Assembly (NCBI GenBank): GCA_951804945.1
Contig: OX638150.1
Coordinates: forward strand, 70,990,001-71,054,000
DNA: 64,000 nt
Direction of reading: 5' to 3'
Source of the DNA: Podarcis cretensis
Lineage: Eukaryota
In this document: piece by piece, positions 1 through 11,516 of the stretch
Position numbering within the stretch: position 1 is the first letter of the stretch
How the letters are laid out: the number at the start of each line of letters is the position of its first letter
Program-made: the position numbers and the translations under genes
Notes under the pieces: generated by a model
Databases searched by the model: none
Seen by the model: only the letters and a program-made list of their open reading frames with translations
What the model was told of the DNA's origin: nothing

Positions 1-1047
1 TACCTGAGTTGGAACAGGCTAACAAAATTTCCATTTGAGTCCATTCAAAGACTTGAACACCCATACCTGAGAACCCTGGATCTGTCTGCTAACAACCTAA
101 GCAGCATTCCAGTTCAAGTAATAGCAACTTTGCCTGGGTACATAAAAAATGGCTTGTACCTTCACAACAACCCTGTGATATGTGACTGCTCTCTTCATCT
201 GATGCTCCAGGAATGGAAGCACCGCGGTTTCAGTTCTGCGGAGGATTTTGTAGAGGAGCACACCTGCAAAGCTTTCCCCAATGTGCCACGTTCCTTAGTC
301 AACACCTTCAATTACAACAAGTATATTGGAGATTGCTCCTGGAACCAATTTGACATTCCCCAAATCCTCTGCCAAGTGGGAGAATCCTTGGTAATAGACT
401 GCAACACGAGCCTCCATAATGACAATGCCACAAACTACAGATGGATCTCTCCTAGACATGAATTATTCATGTACCCTGAGCACAGTAATCAGGAGCATCA
501 ACCTTTCAGAAATGGAAGCCTATTGATCAGAAAGGGTAACCGTTCCAATTCCGGCGTTTATGTGTGCATAGCCATCAACGAGCTCCAACAGATCAACCAG
601 ACGTTTGAAGTCAACATCACATTTCAATACCCCAAACCACCCGAGTCTTTCAATACCGGCCTCACAACCCTCTTAGGGTGTGTTGTAACTCTGGTACTTG
701 TCCTCATGTACTTGTACCTCACACCATGTCGCTGCTCCAAGTGCTTCAAGAAGCCCGCAAGCCCCCCTCCAGACTGCAGTGCCCAATCGTCCATCCTTAG
801 TACCACCCCACCAGCCACAGATGGGCCAAATCGCAAGATCAGCGCAAACAAGCATGTTGTTTTCCTAGAGCCCATCAAGGAAGCCCAGAATGGCAAGGTC
901 AGGTTGGCCGTCAGTGAGGACTTTCCAGAAGCTAAAAGCCCCAGACTCTTACAGCTCAAGCTGGACAGTGAATCAATCAGCTCAGTCTTTTCAGATCCTC
1001 TCATCATGTCCTATGAGGAACGAGAACAGACACCGGCAGATGGATAG
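1..1047 (+). CDS. AMIGO3: Amphoterin-induced protein 3 (LRR + LRRCT + Ig + TM + cytoplasmic tail); 5'-partial, frame open from base 1
   Basis: Frame 1 reads YLSWNRLTKFPF..LRTLDLSANNL (LRRs), GLYLHNNPVICDC (LRRCT), an Ig domain (C..W..NGSLLI..SGVYVC), ESFNTGLTTLLGCVVTLVLVLMYLYLTPCRC (AMIGO-family TM signature) and tail SAQSSILSTTPP..KHVVFLEP..NGKVRLAVSEDF. Stop TAG at 1045-1047. Nesting in RNF123 identifies paralog 3. Confidence 0.93.
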   Translation, partial: YLSWNRLTKFPFESIQRLEHPYLRTLDLSANNLSSIPVQVIATLPGYIKNGLYLHNNPVICDCSLHLMLQEWKHRGFSSAEDFVEEHTCKAFPNVPRSLVNTFNYNKYIGDCSWNQFDIPQILCQVGESLVIDCNTSLHNDNATNYRWISPRHELFMYPEHSNQEHQPFRNGSLLIRKGNRSNSGVYVCIAINELQQINQTFEVNITFQYPKPPESFNTGLTTLLGCVVTLVLVLMYLYLTPCRCSKCFKKPASPPPDCSAQSSILSTTPPATDGPNRKISANKHVVFLEPIKEAQNGKVRLAVSEDFPEAKSPRLLQLKLDSESISSVFSDPLIMSYEEREQTPADG

Positions 1048-2525
1048 GAAGCAATCCACAGGAAGGATGCAGCAAGGTGGAGAGTGGGGAAGGAGTGGGG
1101 TCAAACCCCATATTCATTGTGGGAGGGAGAGGGAAGACAATATATATTTACAAAGCATCTCCTCACTGAAAAGCGCAGAGGAATTCTCTTCATCTCCCTT
1201 GCATGGACTACTGTGGTTTATTCTTAATTTCCTTCATCTCCCCTAGAATTATGGAGGTCTTTTCTTCTAACAATTCTAGTCTGACCGTCCCAGAATCCAT
1301 TTATTATGCACAACAGAAGCAACCATCTTTTGACAAAAAAGAATTGAGTGCTCTTTACACATCCCAGATGACCACAGCCTGCTCAGTAGTAGAGACAGTA
1401 ACTTGTAGCAGAGAGTACCATCCCCCTTTAGAAAACTGCTGTGGAATACAAGATTGTGTAATGGCTTTGACTTTCAGAGAATAAACATTTGCTATATAAG
1501 CAAGCCTGTTTTTATTTCTGGAGAAGAAAGAGTGCCCATGCTGGACCAAAGAGGGGGCCATTTCTTACTTTTTAACTGCTTTAGTCAGCTACTGCTTCTA
1601 ATATTAATTTGGAAAGTAGGTTCCCGAGCCCATACTTTTCAACTTACTTCTAGGCTTCTTGGAACAAGTCATAGCATGGCTAAAAACTGAAGCAATGCTC
1701 CCTTTACAGAGGTCACAAGCCCTGCTCCAGATGACCACCTCGCCCTTTTGGATATGTGCAGTCAGCCACGTAAGTGTCAGAAACTGTAAGAGTCAGTCTT
1801 CTGCTTGAATCAGCTTAACAAAACTGCTTGGTATTACTAGACACACTGCATGCCCCTTAAAAGCATCTTGTTCTGGGTTTGCTTTTAATGAGGAACCTTT
1901 TCCCCAGGTTGAATTCTTCGTATCTACAATAAAATTCTAATAGCTCGGGCATCCTGTGCTTTTGGATCACTGTGACAGAAAGCAAAAATCGGTGCCAGAA
2001 AATTATCCTTGGGTTAGACTTGAGAAGGGCAAATTATTTATTTTGCTGTCATCACAGCAGAGGGGAGTTCGATCCCAGACAGGGTTAAAAAGGATGCTAT
2101 TCTAGACACAGTGCTGATGTTGTGTTTTGTTTTTTAAATGCACAATTAACCTATGGCTGGCCAATTCAGATAACTGGATTAGATAGACAAGAACACTGCT
2201 GTGGTTAGTGTACCTTTTTATATAACTTAATATAGCCATTAAAAGTTAACTTTGTTTCTCCCCACCCACCCCTGCCCCAAAAGCTGCTGTAAATAATCAA
2301 ATTCAGGAATGCATTAGATTATTCATGCACCTAGTGTAATTACAACAAGCCAGCTCCGCTCCGCTCTGCTCTGCGCTTAAATGAACCATCTCCCTGCCTT
2401 TTTTCTCCTTGAGAAGGGCAGATGTGCTTGGGAGAACGAAGCATCTAGCTATTTTGGTAGTACTTTAATCCATGTAATGATAATAATTGTAACCTGGGGG
2501 TAGATTTCCTCTCGGGTTACATTTA

Positions 2526-2531
2526 AATAAA
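2526..2531 (+). terminator. Likely AMIGO3 polyadenylation signal (alternative AATAAA at 1928-1933)
   Basis: AATAAA followed by a U/GU-rich downstream tract (ttttattttaaaatgttgttgtctg), about 1.5 kb after the stop codon. Confidence 0.45.
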
Positions 2532-5352
2532 AACGCCCTTTTATTTTAAAATGTTGTTGTCTGCATCTGAAATTGTCTTTGCCCTGCAACGGTGTGAGAC
2601 AGTGCAGGCTTCTTCTCCCTTGTCTGTGGCCAGGTAAAGCTCCATATACAAAGTTCTAGTTCTTTTAACACAAAAGGAGCTCAAATACCAGTCTAAACCA
2701 GGCACTCTAAATATTACAGATGTCTCTGATATTAAAACCAAATTACAACACAGTTTAATTTTGGCCCAGTAAATGAGGCTGGAAGGTGCAAAGAAAGAAA
2801 TGCAACACACAATTCTAAGTCTGTGGGCAAGAACTTGACACATTATACCCAAACAAATATTTACATGTATGTGTATGGGGGGGGGGGGGTCAAGACTGAG
2901 GAAGGAAGAAAACATATGAAATTCCATTAAAACTAATTTCTGCAAGGCTTGGTGCAAAAAAAAAACCACAAGGATCCCCCCCCCCCACAAATGGGCCATC
3001 TCTTTGGAGCAAAAGAAGATAGAATAGAGTGGTTTCTCCCTTCTAATACTTTGGCTTGCTTACTTTGCACACATTCAGATACTGTTTTACCTTGCAAAGA
3101 TACTCTTCCAGGAGCCATAATATCAAACTACATTTGGCCTTAATCCCTTCTCCCGATGGCTAGTAGTTACTATACTACATTATTTCATTACAGGCTAGCT
3201 ATACTGCAGCCCAAAGTACAGCTTGAAGACTGAACAGAAAACTGGGCTAGATAAGTTGGCACACACCAACATGAACATTACAGAGCAGACTATGCACTGC
3301 CAGAGGTTCTCACAAACTTGTATTCTGGACAGCCACAAATGTTGTTGACGTGAGGCTAGAAAAATCCAGGGAAGATATTAATATCTTCCAAGATCATCTG
3401 GGTCGGGGTGTTTCTAAACCAGAAGCTAAGAAAAATAACCAAGATTGTTTATTCTATTAACATTTCTTGCTTGCATCTTGCGAAGCATACATAGCCACTG
3501 ACAATCCTGAATCAGGATTCCTGATATTCAAAACATAGAGAGATGTGGATCTTTAGTTTGGCCATATTTTTATGCTGTGGTTCTGCACGCCAGGGTCAAA
3601 GCAGAATATGGGGAAAGCAGCAGGAGATGTCAAGCCATGATTTCCAGAACTTGAGATGTTCTATGCTGTTGAGATGCTCCTACTATGCTGTCTGTGGACA
3701 GAGTCAACCTGAGCCTGGGAAGAGTAGCACACCAAGCAACTGTCAGAGACAGCAGCATTCTGTATCACAGCCCTACTCCCCCCAGTTCTTTGCCAAGAAA
3801 AAGCTAGTAAGTCACTTGACACAAATCAAAACTGAATTAAGCAACATTTGCTTCTTTTCATATGTGCACATGCCAAACAATATTTGGCTCCTTAAAAAAT
3901 CCATATTTAAAAACCAACTTGTAAATGGATAGGCATTGAGGTAGTTAAGATACAAAAACAAGTATAACAAGAGATCAAAGCAGCAGCATTTTTTAAAATC
4001 CTATTTATCCAATTTTGGAGGCTAAGAAATGTGTTGTTGGGAGTTTTTATTTGTTCTAATCTGTTCATAAATCATAAAATTACTGCTACATAACCCAAAC
4101 CTTGGGATGAAATGGGGTAGACTACCAAAAAACAACAACAATTTTTACAATTTATCTTTTATCCAGCAGGAAAGGATGTAGGAATGCATTTGCTGCTGCT
4201 GACTAACAAATCACAATAGACATACTGAGCTTCAGGGCAGAAATCTTAAAGTGCAACCTAGTTCAGTACTACTCACTCCCAGGTAAGTCTACATAGGATT
4301 GCAGCCTTAGCTACTGAGAAGCTAATCCCACAAGAAAAAAGGCAGAGGATGAGTGGTGCTCATATTACTTACTCCCATGGCTGCTCTCATAGATATTCTC
4401 AAATTGAGAATAAAAAAGGCTACAGTTTTTGTCCACTGAAGTGCTCCTTAGCAAAGAAAGAAAGAGGGGGGAAGTCATCGTGATACATGCAATAAAATGG
4501 AAATTAGTTATTCTGTCTGTCTGTCTGTCTATATCTAGCTAGCTAGCTATCATTACTTCTAGTCAAAGGAAATAAACTGTGCAGATAGTACAATAAAGTG
4601 CATAAAATTCTTCAATAACTTTCATGTTATTCTACAATATTCCTCACTGCTCTACAGTAGACCAGGGGATCAGTTAAATTTCAGAACCTCTTAATGAGTA
4701 CAGTCATGAATTTCCAATTACAAGCACTTTACAAAAAAATCAGTCTGCTCTCTGGGACTGCCCCTTCTCCTAACTACAGACAGAATTCTCCTTCAATCAC
4801 AACATCAATCACAACATCATCCTGCATTAAAATCTGCCTGTGAATTATGGCCAATGTTCTCAGGCCCTGCTCACATTCCGTCAGCAAGAGAGATGATTGG
4901 TAGAGGCATAAGACTTGTCTTTTCAGTAATGGAACCCCCATTGTTGAACTCATTCCTAAGGAAGTTAGACTTCTTTGATGTCTTTTGCATGAACCGTTAA
5001 GATTCTATTCTGTCAGACTTTCAGTGCATTTTAATTCATAGCAGCTGTAGATCTAGCTTCTAGCTTTTGAACATCCACTGATTGTGATGGGATTTGAATG
5101 GTTCAAAGCTGCCTTGGATTGGATTGGAAGGCACTATATAAAAATGTTTCAATATACAGTATAAGTACACCTTTCTCCCTCCCAGGCCCATATTGTGCCT
5201 GACCCCAAAGACCTTCACCACAATGCAATATAATAACTGAAGACACAACTAAGCATAGAGAAGATGAGTAAAAGGACGTGGTAGAGATATAGACATCCCA
5301 TGGTGTTCCTGTATTATCCAACCACCTAATTTAGACAGAGAGCAACAAGTGA

Positions 5353-5930
5353 AGGGCCTCACTCAGCTCAGAGGTGGAACACATGTTGTGCATGCCAAAG
5401 GGCTCAAGTTCAACCCCTGGCATTTCCAGTGAGGGCCGGGAAAGACTCCTGCATGCCTTGATGGAGAGATGCATATCAGTCTGTGTAGACCAGGGGTCAT
5501 GACCTTTTCTGAGCCCAAGGACCACATTCCGTCATGGACAACCTTATGGGTGCTTAATGCCATTGGTGGGTGTGCCAAAGGCAAAAGTGGGGTGAGCAAC
5601 AGGCATGAGCCCTACCTTTGTATAGTAGGCTACAGACGGTTAGAAGTTTCTTTACACACTCCCATGAACACGTCTCTCCATCCAGGCATCCAAAAGGCAC
5701 TACGTCAGTTCAGGAACAAGCAAAAGCACATGGGGAGGTGTGGAGCAGGGCTGATGTGATGTGTGACCTGTGAAAGGGGTTTGTGCTGGGTAGAGTCTCA
5801 AAGCCTCATTAGAGAGGTCTGGAGGGTGAATATTTGGCCTCTGAATCAGAAGTTCCATAGCCCTGGTGCACACAATACTGAGCTACATAGAATATTCTGA
5901 AGCGGCATAAGGCAGCTTCTTGCATTCCTA
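5353..5930 (+). mobile_element. tRNA-derived squamate SINE (Squam3-like) split by a hAT MITE
   Basis: Head AGCTCAGAGGTGGAACACATG..GTTCAACCCC (A/B boxes); body resumes after 5873 with ACAATACTGAGCTA..GGCATAAGGCAGCTTC. Confidence 0.6.
5491..5865. mobile_element. Non-autonomous hAT (Charlie-like) element
   Basis: CAGGG..CCCTG termini; imperfect 8-bp TSD GTGTAGAC/GTGCACAC. Confidence 0.6.
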
Positions 5931-6605
5931 CAGAATGAAGAAGGTAGGACAGACTATCTTATGTCCACTAGGAAGAACCGGACATCTGCAAACAAGTCAA
6001 AACCCCTGTTTCTCCACAAAGTGGCCTTCAAGTCACATACCTACTGGGAAGTAGAAGAGCAGTTCCATTCTAAGTGACTGTGCCCACTCTACACCCATTA
6101 AAAAAGGATGAGAAAGCATGAAATACTATCCACATGCTCGTTTCTACACATTTCTTCAGTGGGAAAACAATCTCATAGCTAAGGAGATGGCCAATTACTC
6201 AGAGGCAAAGTTCAGAGATCATGCTAGAACCCAATTTGGCACCATGTGAATGAGCCTTAGTAAGGGCATGTAACCCCCTGCCCCAGCAAAGAGTGGTTTG
6301 GAGGCAAAAGTTTCTGTTTTTGTTAATGACTGGTTATTTATTGCTTTCCAGAGCAGTTTCCCTCATCATTAAAAGCAACCCAATGTTTCTGAAAGCACAT
6401 GCTTCATTCCCATCTGAATTAATCTTTAATTTAAGAGACTCAGCAATGAGGTTTGTTTTCAATCTAAAAAGGCAAATGAAAGCCTAAGTGCATCTATGAG
6501 TGCATTCCGCCACCTGTGCATTGTCTAAAGACACCCAATCTCAATGCCTTTGATGCCTTCTGACCAGAAAAGGGTGTTGCTAAACCTTCCCAGCTTTGAC
6601 CTGCT

Positions 6606-7200
6606 AAGAACATAAACATAAGGACATCCCTGCTGGATCAGGCTAGGCCTATCTAGTCCAACATCCTCTCCTTACTCTTGATAGCAATCCCTAGCTAGCA
6701 GGACCAGTGGTCAGGGATGATGGGAAATGTAGTCCAAAAACAACTGGAGACCCAAGTTTGGGAAACCCTGCTCTAGATCATCCATGAACAAGTTAAACTA
6801 GCACATCCCAAAACCATTTCTTGGGGGACTCTACTTTCTACTACCTTCCATTGGTAGAACTTAACAATTATTCCTACTCTCTGCTTCCTTTTTCTTAACC
6901 TCATCCACAAAAGAACCTCTCCTCTTATTCCATGACTTCTAAAGATTACTCAGAAGTCTTTAGTGAGATACTTTGTCAAAAGCTTTTTGAAAGCCCAAAT
7001 ACATAATGTCAAATGGATCACTTCTATCTAAGTGCTTGTTGATACTCTCAAAAAACTCTAATAGGCAAATGAGAGAAAACTTACACTTGCAGAAACCACA
7101 CCGGTTCTGCTTCAGCAAGACTTACTTCTGGTATATGCTTGATTACTGTGTCTAACAATGCTTTTCTTTTTTTTCTGGAACAGATGTTAAGCTAACCTCA
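6606..7200 (-). mobile_element. Decayed CR1 LINE fragments with a half-copy of a hAT MITE at about 6685-6770
   Basis: CR1-like tail at 6606-6665; the minus strand near 6970-7010 reads DIMYLGFQKAFDKVSH (RT motif 'DF-KAFD-V-H'). Confidence 0.55.
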
Positions 7201-7299
7201 CATTTTAAGAGGAGAGCCCCAATGCTGCCTCATTTGCTCCATGGAGAGCAGTAGCAGACATTTACAACAATGAGTACCTAGGTGGCACTCGTCATGATG

Positions 7300-7458
7300 T
7301 CCCGTTGTGCCAGAAGCAGTTTAGTCATGTTTGCCACATGACCCGGAAAGCTGTCTGTGGACAAACATCAGCCATCTCGACCTGAAGTGAGATGAGTGCC
7401 GCACCCCATAGTTGCCTTTCACTGGACTTAACCGTCCAGGGGTCCTTTACCTTTTACC
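7300..7458 (+). mobile_element. 3' part of a Sauria SINE (Squam1-like)
   Basis: GCCAGAAGCAGTTTAGTCATG..CCACATGACCCGGAA..GAGATGAGTGCCGCACCCC..CAGGGGTCCTTTACCTTTTACC tail. Confidence 0.7.
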
Positions 7459-8467
7459 ATCCCTAATAGTCCAAAATTAACTTACATATTCATTACGCAT
7501 CATTCTTCTTAAGGTGTGTATAAAAGCGCCCCCATGTGGTAAAATCACAATTTTTTTAGTCCCTGAAACCCCTGGTTTATACCCTTCTTTCACCACAGGA
7601 GGGCACCTTTGTCTTATCATTAACCACAGTGCCAAATGTGTGAACTCACCCTGTGACAATACAAAATTAAGCATATACCATCACCTGCTCTGAGCCCTTT
7701 GGATAAAACAGCACAGTACACAAATGTCTGCCACCAAGCTCTCCACAGTTTAATTTAAATTTTCCCTTTAAGCTGCTGTTCTTACAGTGGCCAAAATTAT
7801 GCCAGGGGGAAGCCTGCAAGGAGCAGAAGAAAGCAATATAAGGGCATCCAAAAAAACCACATAACATGGAGTGAAATAGCCAAGCTTGGCAGATTGAAAG
7901 AAACCTTTTGCATCAACAAAATCAGCTGTTTTGCTACAACCACCTAGGTAGCCTCGTTAACAGCAGCTGCACTTAAGAGACAATTTTTCAGAGTTCAAGA
8001 GGCTTAAATAGACAGAAATCCATCATTAAAAATTGGGGTTGCCTTAGTAAAAATCCAGCTTCTCTGACAAAAAGTACTTTGAAAGCTTAATGAATGTCCC
8101 TTGGGAATGGACTCTGCCGTCTCTTAGCAAACACAACAGCAATCGAGAACTCACACTGCTGCCAAGTTTGGTGTTTCTAAACTGCCTATACATCAAGCTA
8201 ATGGGTCAGCATAAAACATTTACGTTTTACCAAGAGAAAGCAAGAAGTTGTTGAGTCATTCTGCCCCTGCCCCCACCCCTACTCAGCACAAAAGTGGTTG
8301 TTTTGTAGAGAGATTATTCCTAAAGAATGAGAGCTGATGGTTCAATTTTCTACTAATGCTCCATATTTAGTAAGCCACAACAGAAGAGGAAATAACTCTA
8401 CTTCAGCCAAGGACATGAATCAGACTATGGAAATTGGACAGTGACATCATGGCCCAGAAACAACTAA

Positions 8468-8535
8468 ATAATAGTAGTAATAATAATAATAATAATAATA
8501 ATAGTGATAGTGATAATAATAATAATAATAATAAT
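8468..8535. repeat. (AAT)n microsatellite, imperfect
   Basis: Read directly from the sequence. Confidence 0.9.
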
Positions 8536-10069
8536 GTTACAACAATTAAAACACAATATTAAACAACTAGTTGCTCTAGCAGGTGCTAGAGCAATGGGGA
8601 CTGCCCCCACTCTCCTCCACCCACGCCCCCCCCCATAAATTGGCTTGGTAGGGCAGTCGGGAGACCCCCAGAACAGGGCACAGAAGGAGAAGAGGGGGAG
8701 ATCCGTTACACCAGGGAAGCTGAAATGCTTGCACTAATGGAGCAATCACTTCAGCACTACTTTGAATACCACCCTATGCCTTTGGCCAAGAGTCACTCTT
8801 GCAATTTCTGCATTTCTGTCAAACTTATGGGGGAAAGACAAAACCTGCCTGCTGAATGACAGCATGGCAGCACAATCTGCACTCCAGTCAGATAGCCTGT
8901 CTCTCTCATGCCCAGGATGTACAGTTAGAAAAGGCAGGTTCTGAACCAGCTCTTCTGTTAATACCTTATGAGCAAAAGGCGTCTGTCTGCACCAAACCCC
9001 ATTTATAATCAGTGGCTGGTATGTTAATTTAGCAGTACAGGGCAATTTACACTGCGGCTCCTCATACAGACCCAGTAGAGGACAGTGGGGTAGCAGCACT
9101 TACCTGACCTCCATTTGGTTGTGTCACGGCTGCTTACTGGGAGATGGAGGGGTGAGGTGACAGTGAGGTAGGCACGGTGCAAATGCACCAGGCAGGAGAC
9201 CAGATAACTCTGAGTTTGAACCATGCCAACCTTGCCACTGCCTTCTCCTTCCCCTCTACCTCTTACTAAGGAACAGTGACACAAACAAGGTTAGGTGAGC
9301 ACCACCATGTCATTCGCTACTGTATAGACCCCTGTCAGTGATACTCTATTGATTAGCCATCACATGCAGCACCAGAGTTAAGTGATGGCTGACCCACATT
9401 AACAGCACTTAGTCGCCAAGAGAGACAAATCCATATAACGGATCAGTCCCGCTCTACGAAGTTGCTCTTTGACTGAATTGTGCATCTGACATGTCTACAA
9501 AGGGAGTTATTAATTTCACCAGGTGTGAGGGAAAGGAGAACTACCAAATGCCAGATTAATGCAATGAGATTGTAATTAATTAGTGTTCTGAACACTTTGA
9601 ATCTTCAAAGGTTTTAGCAAACATTTGTTAATCCCCAGCACCAGGAGAGAAACGAAGCTTCTGTGATCACAGGATCACCCCAGGACAAAAAGGGCACCCT
9701 CATCCTTATCAGGAGGAACAGCCCATGCACAGAGACTATATGTCACAATGCTGGAAGCAGACTAGCTTTAAAAGCCTAATTATAAGAGTAGAAAGAGACT
9801 GAAGACCTACCAACATTTACATTGATGTATTCTGCTTTTCCTGATTTCCCCTGAAACTGGAATTTCCCATTTCTCAAAGTTCTATAAGCTTCACCCCCCA
9901 AACCCAGCATGTTGAGCAAGTTAAAACAAGCTCTTCATTTGACATTTATGTACCAAATGAAACCCTGCCCCATCCTGCTCCCTGAGTAGACCTCCGTATC
10001 CAGTAACTCTAGAGCACCTCAGTCCCTTTTAGAACCAATTAACCCTGAGCACTCAGTTAAAGATCTACT

Positions 10070-10640
10070 CTCAAGGCTGTAGAGATGCAGAACTGGTGTC
10101 TGCACCTAGCAATGGCTTGGATGGGGGCCAATAAACTGAAGCTGAATCTTGACCAGATGACAGAACTATGGATTGACAGTCCCTGGGTCCAGGAAATTTG
10201 GTGTATTACCTGCTCCAGGTGAGGTTACACTCCCTCTAAAGGAGCAAGTATATAGATTAGGGGTTTTCCTTGATCCAACATTGCCAATAAGGGCAAATGT
10301 GGCATTTTCCAGGTTACAGACAGTCAGGCCACATTGATACCTGTGCTGGTCACCTCCAAACTGGATTAATGTCATTGTGATATGTGGGGCTGCCTTTGGC
10401 ACTGAGGAGTCAATGCTTCTCACAAACTGTAATCTTTGTATGTATCTATTACCACACAATAATCGTAACACCATACTATTATTATTATTAAAATTTCTAC
10501 ACCTTCCTCCGAATATCACAGGGAGGTTTACAATATAAAAACACAAAAATACATACCACAATATCATAACAAACAAAAACAATAACCCCACACAGTTTAA
10601 AAGGCCATAAATTGCTTAATTAGCCAAAGGCTCAGGAAAA
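10070..10640. mobile_element. Decayed L2 LINE ORF2 fragment (+) and an adjacent opposite-strand LINE/SINE tail
   Basis: TGGATGGGGGCCAATAAACTGAAGCTGAATC (W-M-G-A-N-K-L-K-L-N) and V-T-L-P-L-K-E-Q-V-Y-R-L-G-V-F-L-D, typical of the L2 C-terminal RT region. Boundaries approximate. Confidence 0.6.
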
Positions 10641-11140
10641 CGTACTCTTTGTCAAAAAATGTCAATATATACTGAAGATATGCAGTGGATAGGATTTCTG
10701 GACTCCTCAAGCCAGTGACAGAGCAGAGAACATCTAAGCACTGATTCAGAACACCACATTGATATTTTTTATGAATAGCAGAAAGCAAATATTTTTGTAA
10801 ATAATATAGTCAGATATGATAAGGGCTAAATGGTCTCCTATGCACAAACTTAGGAAGAAAAAACCAAACAGATTACCAGTTTAGAACTAATCACACTGTG
10901 CACAAATGTGAACTTTGCAGTTGAGCCATTTTCCTCCATATTTTTAGCCATAGGCTAAAGTGTCTGATGTTCTCTGAAAGGTACAGCTTATGAATACATA
11001 TTTATTCAGAGAACATTTCAGATGTTTTCAGAGTAATAACTATGAATGGCACACAAAGTCAAAACATGAAGATTATTTTCCTCTGTTCTTCAAAATATGA
11101 GAGCTCATCATAGGTGCTTCATTTGGCAGAATTACGTTTA

Positions 11141-11516
11141 GCTGGGAATGTTTAGTCTGGGGGAAAAGGACACTGAGAGGAGATATGATAACCATCTTCA
11201 AATATCTGAGGGGCTGTCACAGGGAAGATGGAGCAAGCTTATTTTCTCCTGCTTTGAAAGGTAGGACTCAAACCAATGGCTTCAAGTTACATGAAAGGAG
11301 ATTCTGACTAAACATCAGGAAGAACTTTCTGACAGTAAGAGCTGTTCGACAGTGGAACGGTCTCCCTCGAAGGTTGTGGACTCTCCTTCCTTGGAGGCTT
11401 TTAAGCAGAGGTTGATGGCCATCCTGTCATGGATGGTTTAGCTGAGATTCCTGCCTTGCAGGGGGTTGGACTAGACGACCCTTCAGCTCCCTTCCAACTC
11501 TACAATTCTATGATTC
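11141..11516 (+). mobile_element. CR1 LINE 3' end, 5'-truncated
   Basis: LGMFSL..LRGDMITIFKYLRG-like coding remnant and the CR1 terminus CCTTCCAACTCTACAATTCTATGATTC. Confidence 0.85.

Noticed and set aside
130-132. ORF-track start of AMIGO3 at 130
   Set aside because: It is a TTG inside a frame already open from base 1; the true start is outside the window.
624-1007. 127-aa minus-strand ORF opposite AMIGO3
   Set aside because: Antisense shadow of the AMIGO3 CDS; no RNF123 similarity.
8746-9099. 117-aa minus-strand ORF beside the candidate poison exon
   Set aside because: Non-ATG start, no recognisable domain and no splice signals linking it to RNF123.
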